This document shows positions 41,462 through 50,732 of a stretch of DNA of 64,000 bases, in pieces. The position numbers were made by a program, and so were the translations under genes. The stretch comes from Hyphomicrobiales bacterium. GTDB lineage: Bacteria; Pseudomonadota; Alphaproteobacteria; Rhizobiales; CBDCVD01. A model generated the notes under the pieces. The model had not been told where the DNA came from. It saw only the letters and a list, made by a program, of their open reading frames with translations, and searched no databases. Within the stretch, counting starts at the first letter, position 1; the number at the start of each line of letters is the position of its first letter. Location of the stretch: contig OZ244974.1 in NCBI GenBank assembly GCA_965222955.1, forward strand, positions 1,756,506 through 1,820,505, given 5' to 3'.

Positions 41462-41501
41462 AGGCCCTTCCATCCCGCCGGTATTTTCATAATGGGTTGC
41501 A

Positions 41502-42311
41502 ATGCATGACGTGACAGAAGATGACGTGACAGAAGATAGCGTGATCCGCGTTCGCGGCTTGCGGGTGGGCTTTGGCAAGGGCTATGTGCTGGACAATCTG
41601 GATCTGGATGTCCGCCGGCGCGAAGTGCTGGGAGTGGTCGGCGCCTCGGGAACGGGCAAATCAGTGTTACTGCGCGCCATCGTGGGTCTGAACGCCCGCG
41701 CGGCCGGGCACGTGGCGCTTTTTGGCATCGATACCGGCGGCGCGACAGCCCCGCAACGGCACGCCATCAGCCAGCGCCTCGGGGTGCTGTTTCAAAACGG
41801 CGCGTTGTTTTCATCCCTGAACGTAAAGCAAAACATCCAGGTGCCCATGCGCACCTATCTGGATCTGCCGCAACCCCTGATGGATGACCTTGCGATGGTC
41901 AAACTCGGTCTTGTGGGCCTGCCTGCCGATACCGCCGGTAAATTTCCTTCCGAATTATCCGGCGGCATGACCAAACGCGCCGCTCTGGCGCGTGCGCTGG
42001 CGCTTGATCCCGATATTGTCTTTCTCGATGAACCCACATCCGGTCTCGATCCGATCAGCGCCCGCGGCTTCGATGAAATGATCGTCAAGCTGCGTAACGC
42101 TTTGGGGCTGACCGTATTTATGGTAACCCATGATCTGAGCAGTATTCATACCGCCTGCGACCGCGTCGCGGTGCTGGCGGGCGGGCGGGTGTTGACGATC
42201 GGCTCTATCGAAGCGCTGCATCGCTACGACGATCCCTGGGTGCAGTCCTATTTCGCGACGGCGCAAAGTCACGTGATACCACAGGAGACAAAACATGGAA
42301 ACGCGGGCTAA
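41502..42311 (+). CDS. ABC transporter ATP-binding protein (MlaF/Mkl-like)
   Basis: GASGTGKS, LFQNGALF, ELSGGM.KRAALARALALDP, DEPTSGLDP. Confidence 0.93.
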   Translation: MHDVTEDDVTEDSVIRVRGLRVGFGKGYVLDNLDLDVRRREVLGVVGASGTGKSVLLRAIVGLNARAAGHVALFGIDTGGATAPQRHAISQRLGVLFQNGALFSSLNVKQNIQVPMRTYLDLPQPLMDDLAMVKLGLVGLPADTAGKFPSELSGGMTKRAALARALALDPDIVFLDEPTSGLDPISARGFDEMIVKLRNALGLTVFMVTHDLSSIHTACDRVAVLAGGRVLTIGSIEALHRYDDPWVQSYFATAQSHVIPQETKHGNAG

Positions 42312-44139
42312 TCATTTTTGGGTGGGTGCATTTGCGCTGGCGGTTCTGGCGGCATTGTTCGCCGCCGTGTACTGGTTCAGCGGTCGCGGCCTGAACGGCG
42401 AGAAACGCGATCTTATGGTCCGCTTCGAAGGCTCCGTTACCGGCGTCAGCAAGGGAAGCGCCGTGCTGTTCAACGGTATTCGCGTCGGCGAGGTGAGCCG
42501 TCTGGCCATCAACAGGGACGATCCGCGCTATGTCGATGTGCTCCTGAGTATCGATCCCCATACCCCGATCAGGACGAATACCGATATTTCTGTCGGCTAT
42601 CAGGGGCTGACCGGCGTCGGGTTTATTCAGATGCAGGGCGGAACAGCCGATGCGGCGAATATTCTGCAAACCGCCGATACGAATACGATTCCCCAGGTGG
42701 ACGGGGCGCGCAGCGGCGTCGATGACCTGCTCGTATCGGCGCGCAGCGTGATGGCGCGCGTCGAGACGGCCGCCATTTCCATTGAAGGCTTTGTGACGCA
42801 AAACCGCGAGCCGCTGTCACGCTCGGTCGCCAACATCGCCCGCTTCAGCGACGCCATGGCTGACAATACGGAAAATGTCCGCGTTCTGCTGGAAAACGCC
42901 GGGTCAGCCGCGCAGCGCATTGAGGATGTTTCGGTAAATGTCGAGCGATTTGTCAGCACCATCGATTCGATTGCCCGCGCCATCGATCCGAACAAGTTGC
43001 AGGCAAGTCTCGACAATGTGGAGAATCTGACGGAAAACCTCGTCGGCGCCAGCAATGATTTCCGCGCCCTGATCGATAACACCAAACAGGCCGCCGATCA
43101 GCTCGGTGAATTCTCCTCCGGTCTTAATGTGGCTCTGGGAAATGTAAAGACCGTCATCGATGCCGTTGATGCCCAGGCGGTCATGGATATCGTGTCCAAC
43201 GTCAGCACGTTTGCCGATCGCCTGACGACCACGCCACAGGATTTCAATAATCTGATAAGCGATGCGCGGGCGGCCATGCAGGGCCTCAATGTCTTTAGCG
43301 CTGCCCTGAGCGAGAATGCCGATGGTGTCGGGAATATCATTGGCGATGTGTCGTCCCTTGCCACGCAATTGACAACCACAGCGCGGCGCGCCGACAGGCT
43401 CCTGGGCCAGCTCGATGGATCAGCGCCGGTACCGCGTGATACGCTCATCGCCGCCGCCACCCGCGCCGCCACGTCCATTGCCGATACGGCCGAGCATATC
43501 GATACGCGCCTGATCGATGAAGCAGGCACGACCCTGGCCGGGTTGCGCACCGCCATCGAGCGCCTGCAAAGCGATACCGTCGAACCGGTTTCCCGGGCGG
43601 CGCATTCAATACGCCAGTTGGCGGATCGGATCAATACGGATCTGATCGATGAAATCGCCGGTACCAGTGCTTCGGTGCGCCGCACAATCGACAGGTTCGA
43701 TGCGGGGGTTGTCGAGGATATTTCGACAGCGGCGGCGGCGGTACGCAACACCGCCGAGCGTATTGATGAGGACATCACGCCGGACATTGTGGCAGCGGCG
43801 CGTTCCATACGTGAGGTGGCCGAAAGCCTTGATTCGGAACTGGTGCACGAGGCGACGAATGCCGCGAAATCCGTTAATGCCACGGCGGTTCGCATCGGCA
43901 ACAACGTCGGCGAACTGATGAACACGATTGATCGCACCACGCGCGCCATAGAAACCGAATTGCGTAACTTCAGACTAAAGGGCGGTAGCCAGCTGGAGAG
44001 CCTGATGCACGAAAGCCGCCAGGCGATGCGGCGCATCAACAATCTGGCTCACGGACTGGAAACGAATCCGGCGCGCGCCGTGCTCGGTCGGGGGAATGTG
44101 CGAAAATTCAAGGGAAATGCCGCAAAAAACCGCTACTGA
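42295..44139 (+). CDS. MlaD/MCE-family protein with long helical extension
   Basis: METRAN..VGAF, TM segment, GSAVLFNGIRVGEV, QGLTG; long repetitive helical C-terminus. Confidence 0.9.
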   Translation: METRANHFWVGAFALAVLAALFAAVYWFSGRGLNGEKRDLMVRFEGSVTGVSKGSAVLFNGIRVGEVSRLAINRDDPRYVDVLLSIDPHTPIRTNTDISVGYQGLTGVGFIQMQGGTADAANILQTADTNTIPQVDGARSGVDDLLVSARSVMARVETAAISIEGFVTQNREPLSRSVANIARFSDAMADNTENVRVLLENAGSAAQRIEDVSVNVERFVSTIDSIARAIDPNKLQASLDNVENLTENLVGASNDFRALIDNTKQAADQLGEFSSGLNVALGNVKTVIDAVDAQAVMDIVSNVSTFADRLTTTPQDFNNLISDARAAMQGLNVFSAALSENADGVGNIIGDVSSLATQLTTTARRADRLLGQLDGSAPVPRDTLIAAATRAATSIADTAEHIDTRLIDEAGTTLAGLRTAIERLQSDTVEPVSRAAHSIRQLADRINTDLIDEIAGTSASVRRTIDRFDAGVVEDISTAAAAVRNTAERIDEDITPDIVAAARSIREVAESLDSELVHEATNAAKSVNATAVRIGNNVGELMNTIDRTTRAIETELRNFRLKGGSQLESLMHESRQAMRRINNLAHGLETNPARAVLGRGNVRKFKGNAAKNRY

Positions 44140-44144
44140 AAGTA

Positions 44145-44548
44145 GCTGGTATACAAGGGACTTACGTTTGACTCCTGACCCGGTTTACAACCGTTGTCTT
44201 ATCAGCATGACACACAAGTCAGCGCGTATAAAACGCCAATACCGCTGGTATACAAGGGACTTACGTTTGACTCCTGACCCGGTTTACAACCGTTGTCTTA
44301 TCAGCACGACACACAAGTCAGCGCGTACAAAACGCCAATACCGCTGGTATACAAGGGACTTGCGTTTGACTCCTGACCCGGTTTACAACCGTTGTCTTAT
44401 CAGCACGACACACAAGTCAGCGTGTACAAAACGCCGATAGCGCTGGTATACAAGGGACTTGCGTATGACTCCTGACCCGGTTTACAACCGTTGTCTTATC
44501 AGCACGACACACAAGTCAGCGCGTACAAAACGCCATTACCGCTGGTAT
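44145..44548 (+). repeat. Tandem array of four 99-bp family B units
   Basis: TACAAGGGAC unit starts at 44152, 44251, 44350, 44449; only a few substitutions between units. Confidence 0.97.
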
Positions 44549-44660
44549 CAGTCCGCCGGGCTGCCCCCAAGGACTGATTTGTCCTTATTTTATTGGGAAA
44601 AAGTAGACCGAGGCGAAGCCGAGGGATTTATTCACATTCAACTAGATACCCATGATTCCA

Positions 44661-44711
44661 ATTAAACGCATTTTGCTATAGTACAGGAGTCAAACGCAAA
44701 GCCTCTGGTAT
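44661..44711 (-). repeat. Partial family B end fused to TATAGCAAAATGCGTTTAAT
   Basis: Reverse complement matches the composite at 41309-41360. Confidence 0.8.
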
Positions 44712-44794
44712 TAACACCGCTAAGGGATTTTCCCGCAGACGGTTTTGCCGGGGGAATGAATGATGGGCTTTGAAGGCAGGATGTTTGGCGGCGT

Positions 44795-45457
44795 ATGAGG
44801 CGAACGCAAACGGTAAAAAACAGAACAGGCCGGATGGGATTTTGCCGCTTCCTCTGCATTGGCGCCGGGGCGGTGATCGTATCCGGCTGCGCCCTGGCTG
44901 GCGCCCTCAATTCGGCCGCCGAACCGCCGCCGCAAACCTACGATCTGCATGCGCCTGAAATCTCTGCCGGCGCATCGGTACGCAGCGGACTTCAGATACT
45001 CGTGCTGCCGCCTTCGGCGATCAAGGTGCTCGATACGCAAAACATCGTTGTACGCCCGTCCCCTGACGTGATCGCCCATCTTGATGACGCCCAGTGGGCC
45101 GATACGCTGCCGCGCCTTTTTCAGGCGCGTCTCATGCAAACCCTGCAAAGCGGCGCGCGCCTGCGTGCCATCGGCCAGGCGGGTGAGGGGTTGCGCATTG
45201 ATTATCGCCTGGCGATAACGATCCGCGCATTTGACGTCGCCGCCTACGCGCCAGCCCACGCCTCTGCCGTTGTGTTTGCGACACTCATTGACGATACGAA
45301 CGGTGTCACCCGCGCCAGTCGGTTGTTTCGGGCGCGGGTCGATCTGGCGCAGGGTCATGCGCCGCCGGCGGCCATCGCCGGGCTGAACGCCGCCGGGGGT
45401 GAAATTCTGGGCGACATCGCCGAGTGGATCGGCGCCGTTCTTGTCGGCGGCGCGGGG

Positions 45458-45475
<18 letters not shown>
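44795..45475 (+). CDS. ABC-type transport auxiliary lipoprotein (PqiC-like)
   Basis: Lipobox VSGC, TYDL, AQWADTLPRL.QARL; follows mlaD; start uncertain. Confidence 0.85.
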
Positions 45476-45868
<393 letters not shown>

Positions 45869-46014
45869 GAAGCCTTGTCCCCTCCAATATAGACAAAAGG
45901 GGCCAGGTTTGCATTATTGAATCGAACCAACAGGTGTGTACCCCAACAGCTCGTTGTCGAAAAAAGCGATGATCAGATCGGCGGCAAACGGGATCTGAAT
46001 GTCACATTTGTCAC

Positions 46015-46042
46015 ATTGCTTCTATTAAGACCTGACACGCTC
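46015..46042 (+). repeat. Family A MITE end remnant overlapping a gene 3' end
   Basis: ATTGCTTCTATTAAGACCTGACACGCTC-TA, identical to the right end of the 34625 copy. Confidence 0.9.
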
Positions 46043-47257
46043 TAGCACCTGCTCCAGATCGGCGATCAGATCATCGCTATCCTCCAGCCCCACCGATAAA
46101 CGAAAGACCCCGTCGCCTGCCAGCGCCCGATACGCCTTTAGCGCCGCCCCCTGCAGGGTGAACGAACTTTTCATCAGGTCATCGCTGGGCATCCACACGA
46201 TCAGCGAGCGGTGATGGCCAAGGGAGACGGCGTAATGAATCACGCGCAAATTCCCCGCCATATGCGCCGCCAGAGCGTCACCCGCTTGCCGATCCCCCAC
46301 CTGAAAGCTGATCATACCGCCCATGTTGCGCATCTGCCGCCGGGCCAGATCGTGCTGGGGGTGAGAGGCCAGGCCGGGATACAGAACGCGCGTGATTTTC
46401 GGATGCGCCTCGGCCCATTCGGCTATTTTTTGGGCGGATGCGGCGTGCGCGCCCATGCGCAACGGCAGGGTTGCCGCACCGCGCAGAATCATCCACGCAT
46501 TGAACGGGCTCAACACGCCGCCATAGTGCACGCCGGCCTCGGTTCGAAGCCGTTGGATATCGGCGAACGATCCGATTACCGCGCCCCCCAGCGCATCCCC
46601 GTGGCCGCAGATATATTTTGTCAGCGAGTGCATCACATAGTCGGCGCCCATGGCAAGGGGCTGCGTGGCAATCGGTGTGGCGAAGGTACTGTCAACGGCC
46701 ACCTTGACGTGTCTTGTCTTGTCCGCGCGGGCGATTGCGATGATTTGCGCCAGATCGCTCAGACGCAAAACCGGATTGGCCGGGGTTTCGGTATAGATAA
46801 GGCGGGTGGTGTCGCGCATGGCCCGGGCGATGGCCGTGGCGTCGGACATATCCACAAGGGACACGTCGATGCCGAGGCGCGGCAGGGTGTCGCGAACCAG
46901 TTCGGCAACGCCGGCGTAACACACATCGGTTACGATGACATGATCGCCGGCGCCGAGTTCGGTGAAGAATATCGCTGCTGTCGCCGCCATGCCGGAGGCG
47001 AAACACGCGGCCGCCTCGCCCTCTTCCAGGGCAGCCAGTTTGCTCTCAAGCTGGGCGACGGTCGGATTGTTCCAGCGGCTGTAGATATAGGGCGAATCCG
47101 GCCCCAGATCGTGCGCCGAGAACCCCTGCACGCCATCGGTGACAAACGTCGACGACATGACGATATTGGGGGCCGATGCACCCGTCTGCGGGTCCGGCTG
47201 CTCCCCCGCATGCACAGCCGTCGTCGCAATACCCCGATACGCGTCTGGTTTGCTCAT
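46025..47257 (-). CDS. Cys/Met metabolism PLP-dependent enzyme (cystathionine gamma-synthase / methionine gamma-lyase family)
   Basis: YSRWNNPT, FASGMAA, ETPANP, DSTFATP, HSLTKY, RLSVGLED. Confidence 0.92.
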   Translation of the reverse strand: MSKPDAYRGIATTAVHAGEQPDPQTGASAPNIVMSSTFVTDGVQGFSAHDLGPDSPYIYSRWNNPTVAQLESKLAALEEGEAAACFASGMAATAAIFFTELGAGDHVIVTDVCYAGVAELVRDTLPRLGIDVSLVDMSDATAIARAMRDTTRLIYTETPANPVLRLSDLAQIIAIARADKTRHVKVAVDSTFATPIATQPLAMGADYVMHSLTKYICGHGDALGGAVIGSFADIQRLRTEAGVHYGGVLSPFNAWMILRGAATLPLRMGAHAASAQKIAEWAEAHPKITRVLYPGLASHPQHDLARRQMRNMGGMISFQVGDRQAGDALAAHMAGNLRVIHYAVSLGHHRSLIVWMPSDDLMKSSFTLQGAALKAYRALAGDGVFRLSVGLEDSDDLIADLEQVLERVRS

Positions 47258-47285
47258 GGGATGTCTTCCTGTGTCCTGGCGCCGA

Positions 47286-48764
47286 TTACCACCACTTTTG
47301 CGGCGAAAAGCGTCCCGCTGCCGCCTCGATTACATGGCCGAGGCGAAACAGCATTGCCTCGTCGAACGGTCTGGCGATGAGTTGCAGCCCCAGGGGCAGC
47401 CCTTTGGCATCAAGACCGGCGGGGACCGAAATCGCCGGCAGACCGGCCATGTTGACCGTCACCGTAAAGATGTCGTTTAAATACATCGCCACCGGGTCCG
47501 CCTTCGACTCATCGCCAATGGGAAAAGCCGATGACGGTGTCGTCGGCGTCAATACCGCATCGATACCCGAATCAAAGGCGGTATCGAAATCGCGCTTGAT
47601 AAGGGTGCGCACCTTTTGCGCCCGCACATAATAGGCATCGTAATAGCCTGCCGACAGCACATAGGTGCCAATCATTACCCGCCGCTTTACCTCGGCGCCA
47701 AACCCGGCGCCGCGGGTATTCTCGTACATGGCGATAACATCGTCGCCGTCCTCGCGCAGACCATAGCGTACCCCGTCGTAGCGGGCGAGATTGGACGAGG
47801 CCTCCGCCGGCGCGATGATATAATAGGCCGGCAGGGCATGGGACGTATGGGCGAGGGAGATGTCGCGGATCTGCGCGCCGGCCTCCTTCAGCCACTCGAT
47901 ACCGTTCCGCCAGAGCGCCTCTATTTCCGGGTCCATGCCGTCGATGCGATATTCCCTGGGCACGCCCACTTTCAGGCCTGCGACCGACGTTCCCACACAG
48001 GCCCGGTAGTCGGGCACGGGCGCATCCACACATGTGGTATCGCGCGCGTCATGGCCGGCCATTTCCTGGAGCAGGATCGCCGCATCCTCGACGCTTTTCG
48101 CAAATGGCCCGGCCTGATCCAGCGACGAGGCAAAGGCGATGATGCCATAGCGCGAACACCGCCCGTAGGTGGGCTTCAGGCCGACGGTGGCGCAAAACGC
48201 CGCCGGCTGGCGAATGGAGCCGCCGGTATCGGTGCCCAGCGCGCCCGCCGCCAGATGCGCCGCCAGAGCCGCCGCCGAGCCGCCCGATGAGCCCCCTGGC
48301 ACCAGTTGGGTATCGCTTTGTGCGGCGCGCCATGGGTTTACCACGGGGCCGTAATAGCTGCTCTCGTTGGATGAGCCCATGGCGAACTCATCCATATTGG
48401 TCTTGCCCAGCTGGATGGCGCCCGCATCCCACAGGTTCTGTGTAACGTGGGACTCGTATTCGGGGCGAAATCCATGGAGAATATGGGAACACGCCTGGGC
48501 GTGATCGCCGCGGGTGCAATACAGGTCCTTTACAGCCAGCGGAATGCCCTCCAGGGGGCGCGGCGCCCCGGCGGCGATGCGTTCATCGCTGGCGCGCGCC
48601 ATGGCACGGGCCTTGTCGGCCGTTACATGCACATAGGCATTGAGCGTATCGTTGGCCGCCCCGATGGCGGCCAGATAGGCCTCGGTGAGTTCCAGGGCGC
48701 TAAAGCTCCCGTCCCGCAGCCCCGACAGGGCCCGGGCGATGTCCAGATGCGTCAGTTCGGTCAT
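47286..48764 (-). CDS. gatA: Glu-tRNA(Gln) amidotransferase subunit A
   Basis: [40 protein letters not shown]. Confidence 0.97.
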   Translation of the reverse strand: MTELTHLDIARALSGLRDGSFSALELTEAYLAAIGAANDTLNAYVHVTADKARAMARASDERIAAGAPRPLEGIPLAVKDLYCTRGDHAQACSHILHGFRPEYESHVTQNLWDAGAIQLGKTNMDEFAMGSSNESSYYGPVVNPWRAAQSDTQLVPGGSSGGSAAALAAHLAAGALGTDTGGSIRQPAAFCATVGLKPTYGRCSRYGIIAFASSLDQAGPFAKSVEDAAILLQEMAGHDARDTTCVDAPVPDYRACVGTSVAGLKVGVPREYRIDGMDPEIEALWRNGIEWLKEAGAQIRDISLAHTSHALPAYYIIAPAEASSNLARYDGVRYGLREDGDDVIAMYENTRGAGFGAEVKRRVMIGTYVLSAGYYDAYYVRAQKVRTLIKRDFDTAFDSGIDAVLTPTTPSSAFPIGDESKADPVAMYLNDIFTVTVNMAGLPAISVPAGLDAKGLPLGLQLIARPFDEAMLFRLGHVIEAAAGRFSPQKWW

Positions 48765-48896
48765 TGGCGGCTCGCAGGGTGAAAGGCGGTGCCGGTCGGT
48801 GCGATACCGGCGGATACCCGCGGGCGCCGGAACATCGCTGCCTGGGCGTATTCAGGGTGTTGGGCAAACGGCGTGATCATCGGGACGCGCATCGTT

Positions 48897-49184
48897 TTAT
48901 TCCACCACTTTGGGAACAACAAAATAATGGTCTTCCGCGCGCGGCGCATTGGCGACGATACGGTCCGCATAGCCGCCATCGGTTATTTCGTCGGCGCGCT
49001 TTTTCATCTTCATGGGAACGATGGACGTAAGGGGGGCCACGTCGCGCACGTCGACGGCCTCCAGTTGATCGATCCAGCCGAGAATGCCGTTGATTTCGCT
49101 GCGTAAACTTTCCGCCTGCGCATCGCTTAGGGCAATGCGCGCCAGCCGCGCAATGCGCAGAACCTCTTTCCTGTCGATGGACAT
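48897..49184 (-). CDS. gatC: Asp/Glu-tRNA amidotransferase subunit C
   Basis: MSID...RIARLARI...ANAP....YFVVPKVVE. Confidence 0.95.
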   Translation of the reverse strand: MSIDRKEVLRIARLARIALSDAQAESLRSEINGILGWIDQLEAVDVRDVAPLTSIVPMKMKKRADEITDGGYADRIVANAPRAEDHYFVVPKVVE

Positions 49185-49275
49185 TTCCCGCCTCGCTACG
49201 CTTGGAGCGTGTCATGCCTTAATGGGATTATTAACCGGTCTGCCGCCCGATCCGGTGACGTTCAACGCCCCGCTA

Positions 49276-49546
49276 GAGCATGTCAGGTCTTAAGTGAATC
49301 ATTCTGACGGAGCGATTTTGTGACAAGGCCAGGCAAAGTCCGAGCTGAGACATGGTGGACTATTTTCAAGAGACTTTGCGCCGGCCTTGGTGCAAAATCG
49401 CCCGTCCCTTCGGGTTTGTCGATTGGCGGGCGCCCACGTTCAAACCGATCTCATGAGATGCGTCCACATCGCATGTCGATCGGCTCAAACGTGGGTCACC
49501 TTGCCAATCGGGAACAGAATTGCTTCACTTAAAAACTGAAAGGCTC
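49276..49546 (+). mobile_element. Family A MITE (271 bp, degenerate right TIR)
   Basis: CTA-GAGCATGTCAGGTCTTAA ... CTTAAAAACTGAAAGGCTC-TA; interior matches other copies. Confidence 0.9.
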
Positions 49547-49696
49547 TATAGCGCGCGCGCCCCCGTTGCGCAACTACAATCATGGTCACGGGCAATATCA
49601 CAGGCAATATCACAGGCGCGATGTCGATGGGGTGGCCGCACTTGCACACCGATCGCCATCGTGATAATGCGCGGCCCATACGATAGAACATTCAAC

Positions 49697-49735
49697 TAAA
49701 CCGGGTCAGGAGTCAAACGCAAAGCCCCCTGGTAT
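49697..49735 (-). repeat. Partial family B element
   Basis: Reverse complement ATACCAGGGGGCTTTGCGTTTGACTCCTGACCCGGTTTA. Confidence 0.85.
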
Positions 49736-49812
49736 TATGCACACATGCGCCAAAACCCTGCAACAAGCCCAGGCGAAAACGAAGAGAAGCACCTTTCTTC
49801 ACGATCAACGAC

Positions 49813-50328
49813 ATGATGAAACACAGCAATATCCTGCACATCCGTCGCGCGCAACCTGTTGATTTGCCGGGGGTGTCCGGTTTGCTGCGGCAGACATGGC
49901 ATGACACCTATGACGGGCTTATCGGCCGCGACAGGGTGCGCCATTTGAGTGAGCGCTGGCACAGTATCAAGGCGCTGGGCGGTTCCCTTGAGAACGCCGC
50001 GGCGCTCTTTCTCATAGCCGAGCACAACGGCAACCTGGCAGGACATGCCCTGGCAACGCCCAGCGACGACGGGGTGGTTCTTCTCAATCGTCTGTACGTT
50101 TTGCCAAAAGCGCAGGGCAGGGGCATCGGCCGGCAATTACTCAGGCGTATTGAGACGCAATTTGCGCACGCGCCGTGTATCCGCCTTGATGTGGAGCGGG
50201 ACAACGCCAGGGCGATACGGTTTTATGAAAAACAGGGATTTATCGCTGTCGATCGCCGCAACAACTGCCTTGATGCCGAGGACGGGATTCCAGTGGTGAT
50301 AATGGAAAAGCGGCTGACGGCGCGCTAG
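49813..50328 (+). CDS. GNAT-family N-acetyltransferase
   Basis: TWHDTY, RLYVLPKAQGRGIG, NARAIRFYEKQGF. Confidence 0.93.
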   Translation: MMKHSNILHIRRAQPVDLPGVSGLLRQTWHDTYDGLIGRDRVRHLSERWHSIKALGGSLENAAALFLIAEHNGNLAGHALATPSDDGVVLLNRLYVLPKAQGRGIGRQLLRRIETQFAHAPCIRLDVERDNARAIRFYEKQGFIAVDRRNNCLDAEDGIPVVIMEKRLTAR

Positions 50329-50362
50329 CAGTCTGTCAGGTTTGACGGGCGCCAACTGCCTA

Positions 50363-50732
50363 GAGCGTGCTAGGTCTTAATAGAACCATTCTGACGGAGC
50401 GATTTTGTGACAAGATAGGCCTTAATACCAAGGGTCTTTGACGAGGGCTCAGGAATTAGCGTCAAAGAGGTATGTTATCAAGGCAGTACACCAGTCGGCG
50501 TGTACATAAAGCCAATACCGCTGGTATAGTCTCGCAGGATATAGTGGGGCTATTTGCAAGAGACTTAAGGCCTATATTGGTGCGAAAGTGCCCCTTCGGG
50601 TTTCCGATTGGCGGACGCCCACGCCCAAGCCGCTCTTGAGAGATGGATAAACATCGCTCTTCGATCGCCTTGAACGTGGATCGCCTCGCCAATCGAGAAA
50701 CAGAATTGATTCTATTAGGACCTGGCACGCTT
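50363..50732 (+). mobile_element. Family A MITE carrying a nested divergent family B element (50425-50527)
   Basis: TIRs GAGCGTGCTAGGTCTTAA / TTAGGACCTGGCACGCTT; 103-bp ATACCA...TGGTAT insert at the internal GGCCTTA|AGTCTC site. Confidence 0.88.

Noticed and set aside
44145-44548. CRISPR array
   Set aside because: Whole 99-bp units are near-identical with no unique spacers, no cas genes are in the window, and the unit occurs singly elsewhere.
44096-44665. ORFs 44096-44440 and 44459-44665 as repeat proteins
   Set aside because: By-products of a 33-codon repeat unit; no RBS, and the third unit carries a stop.
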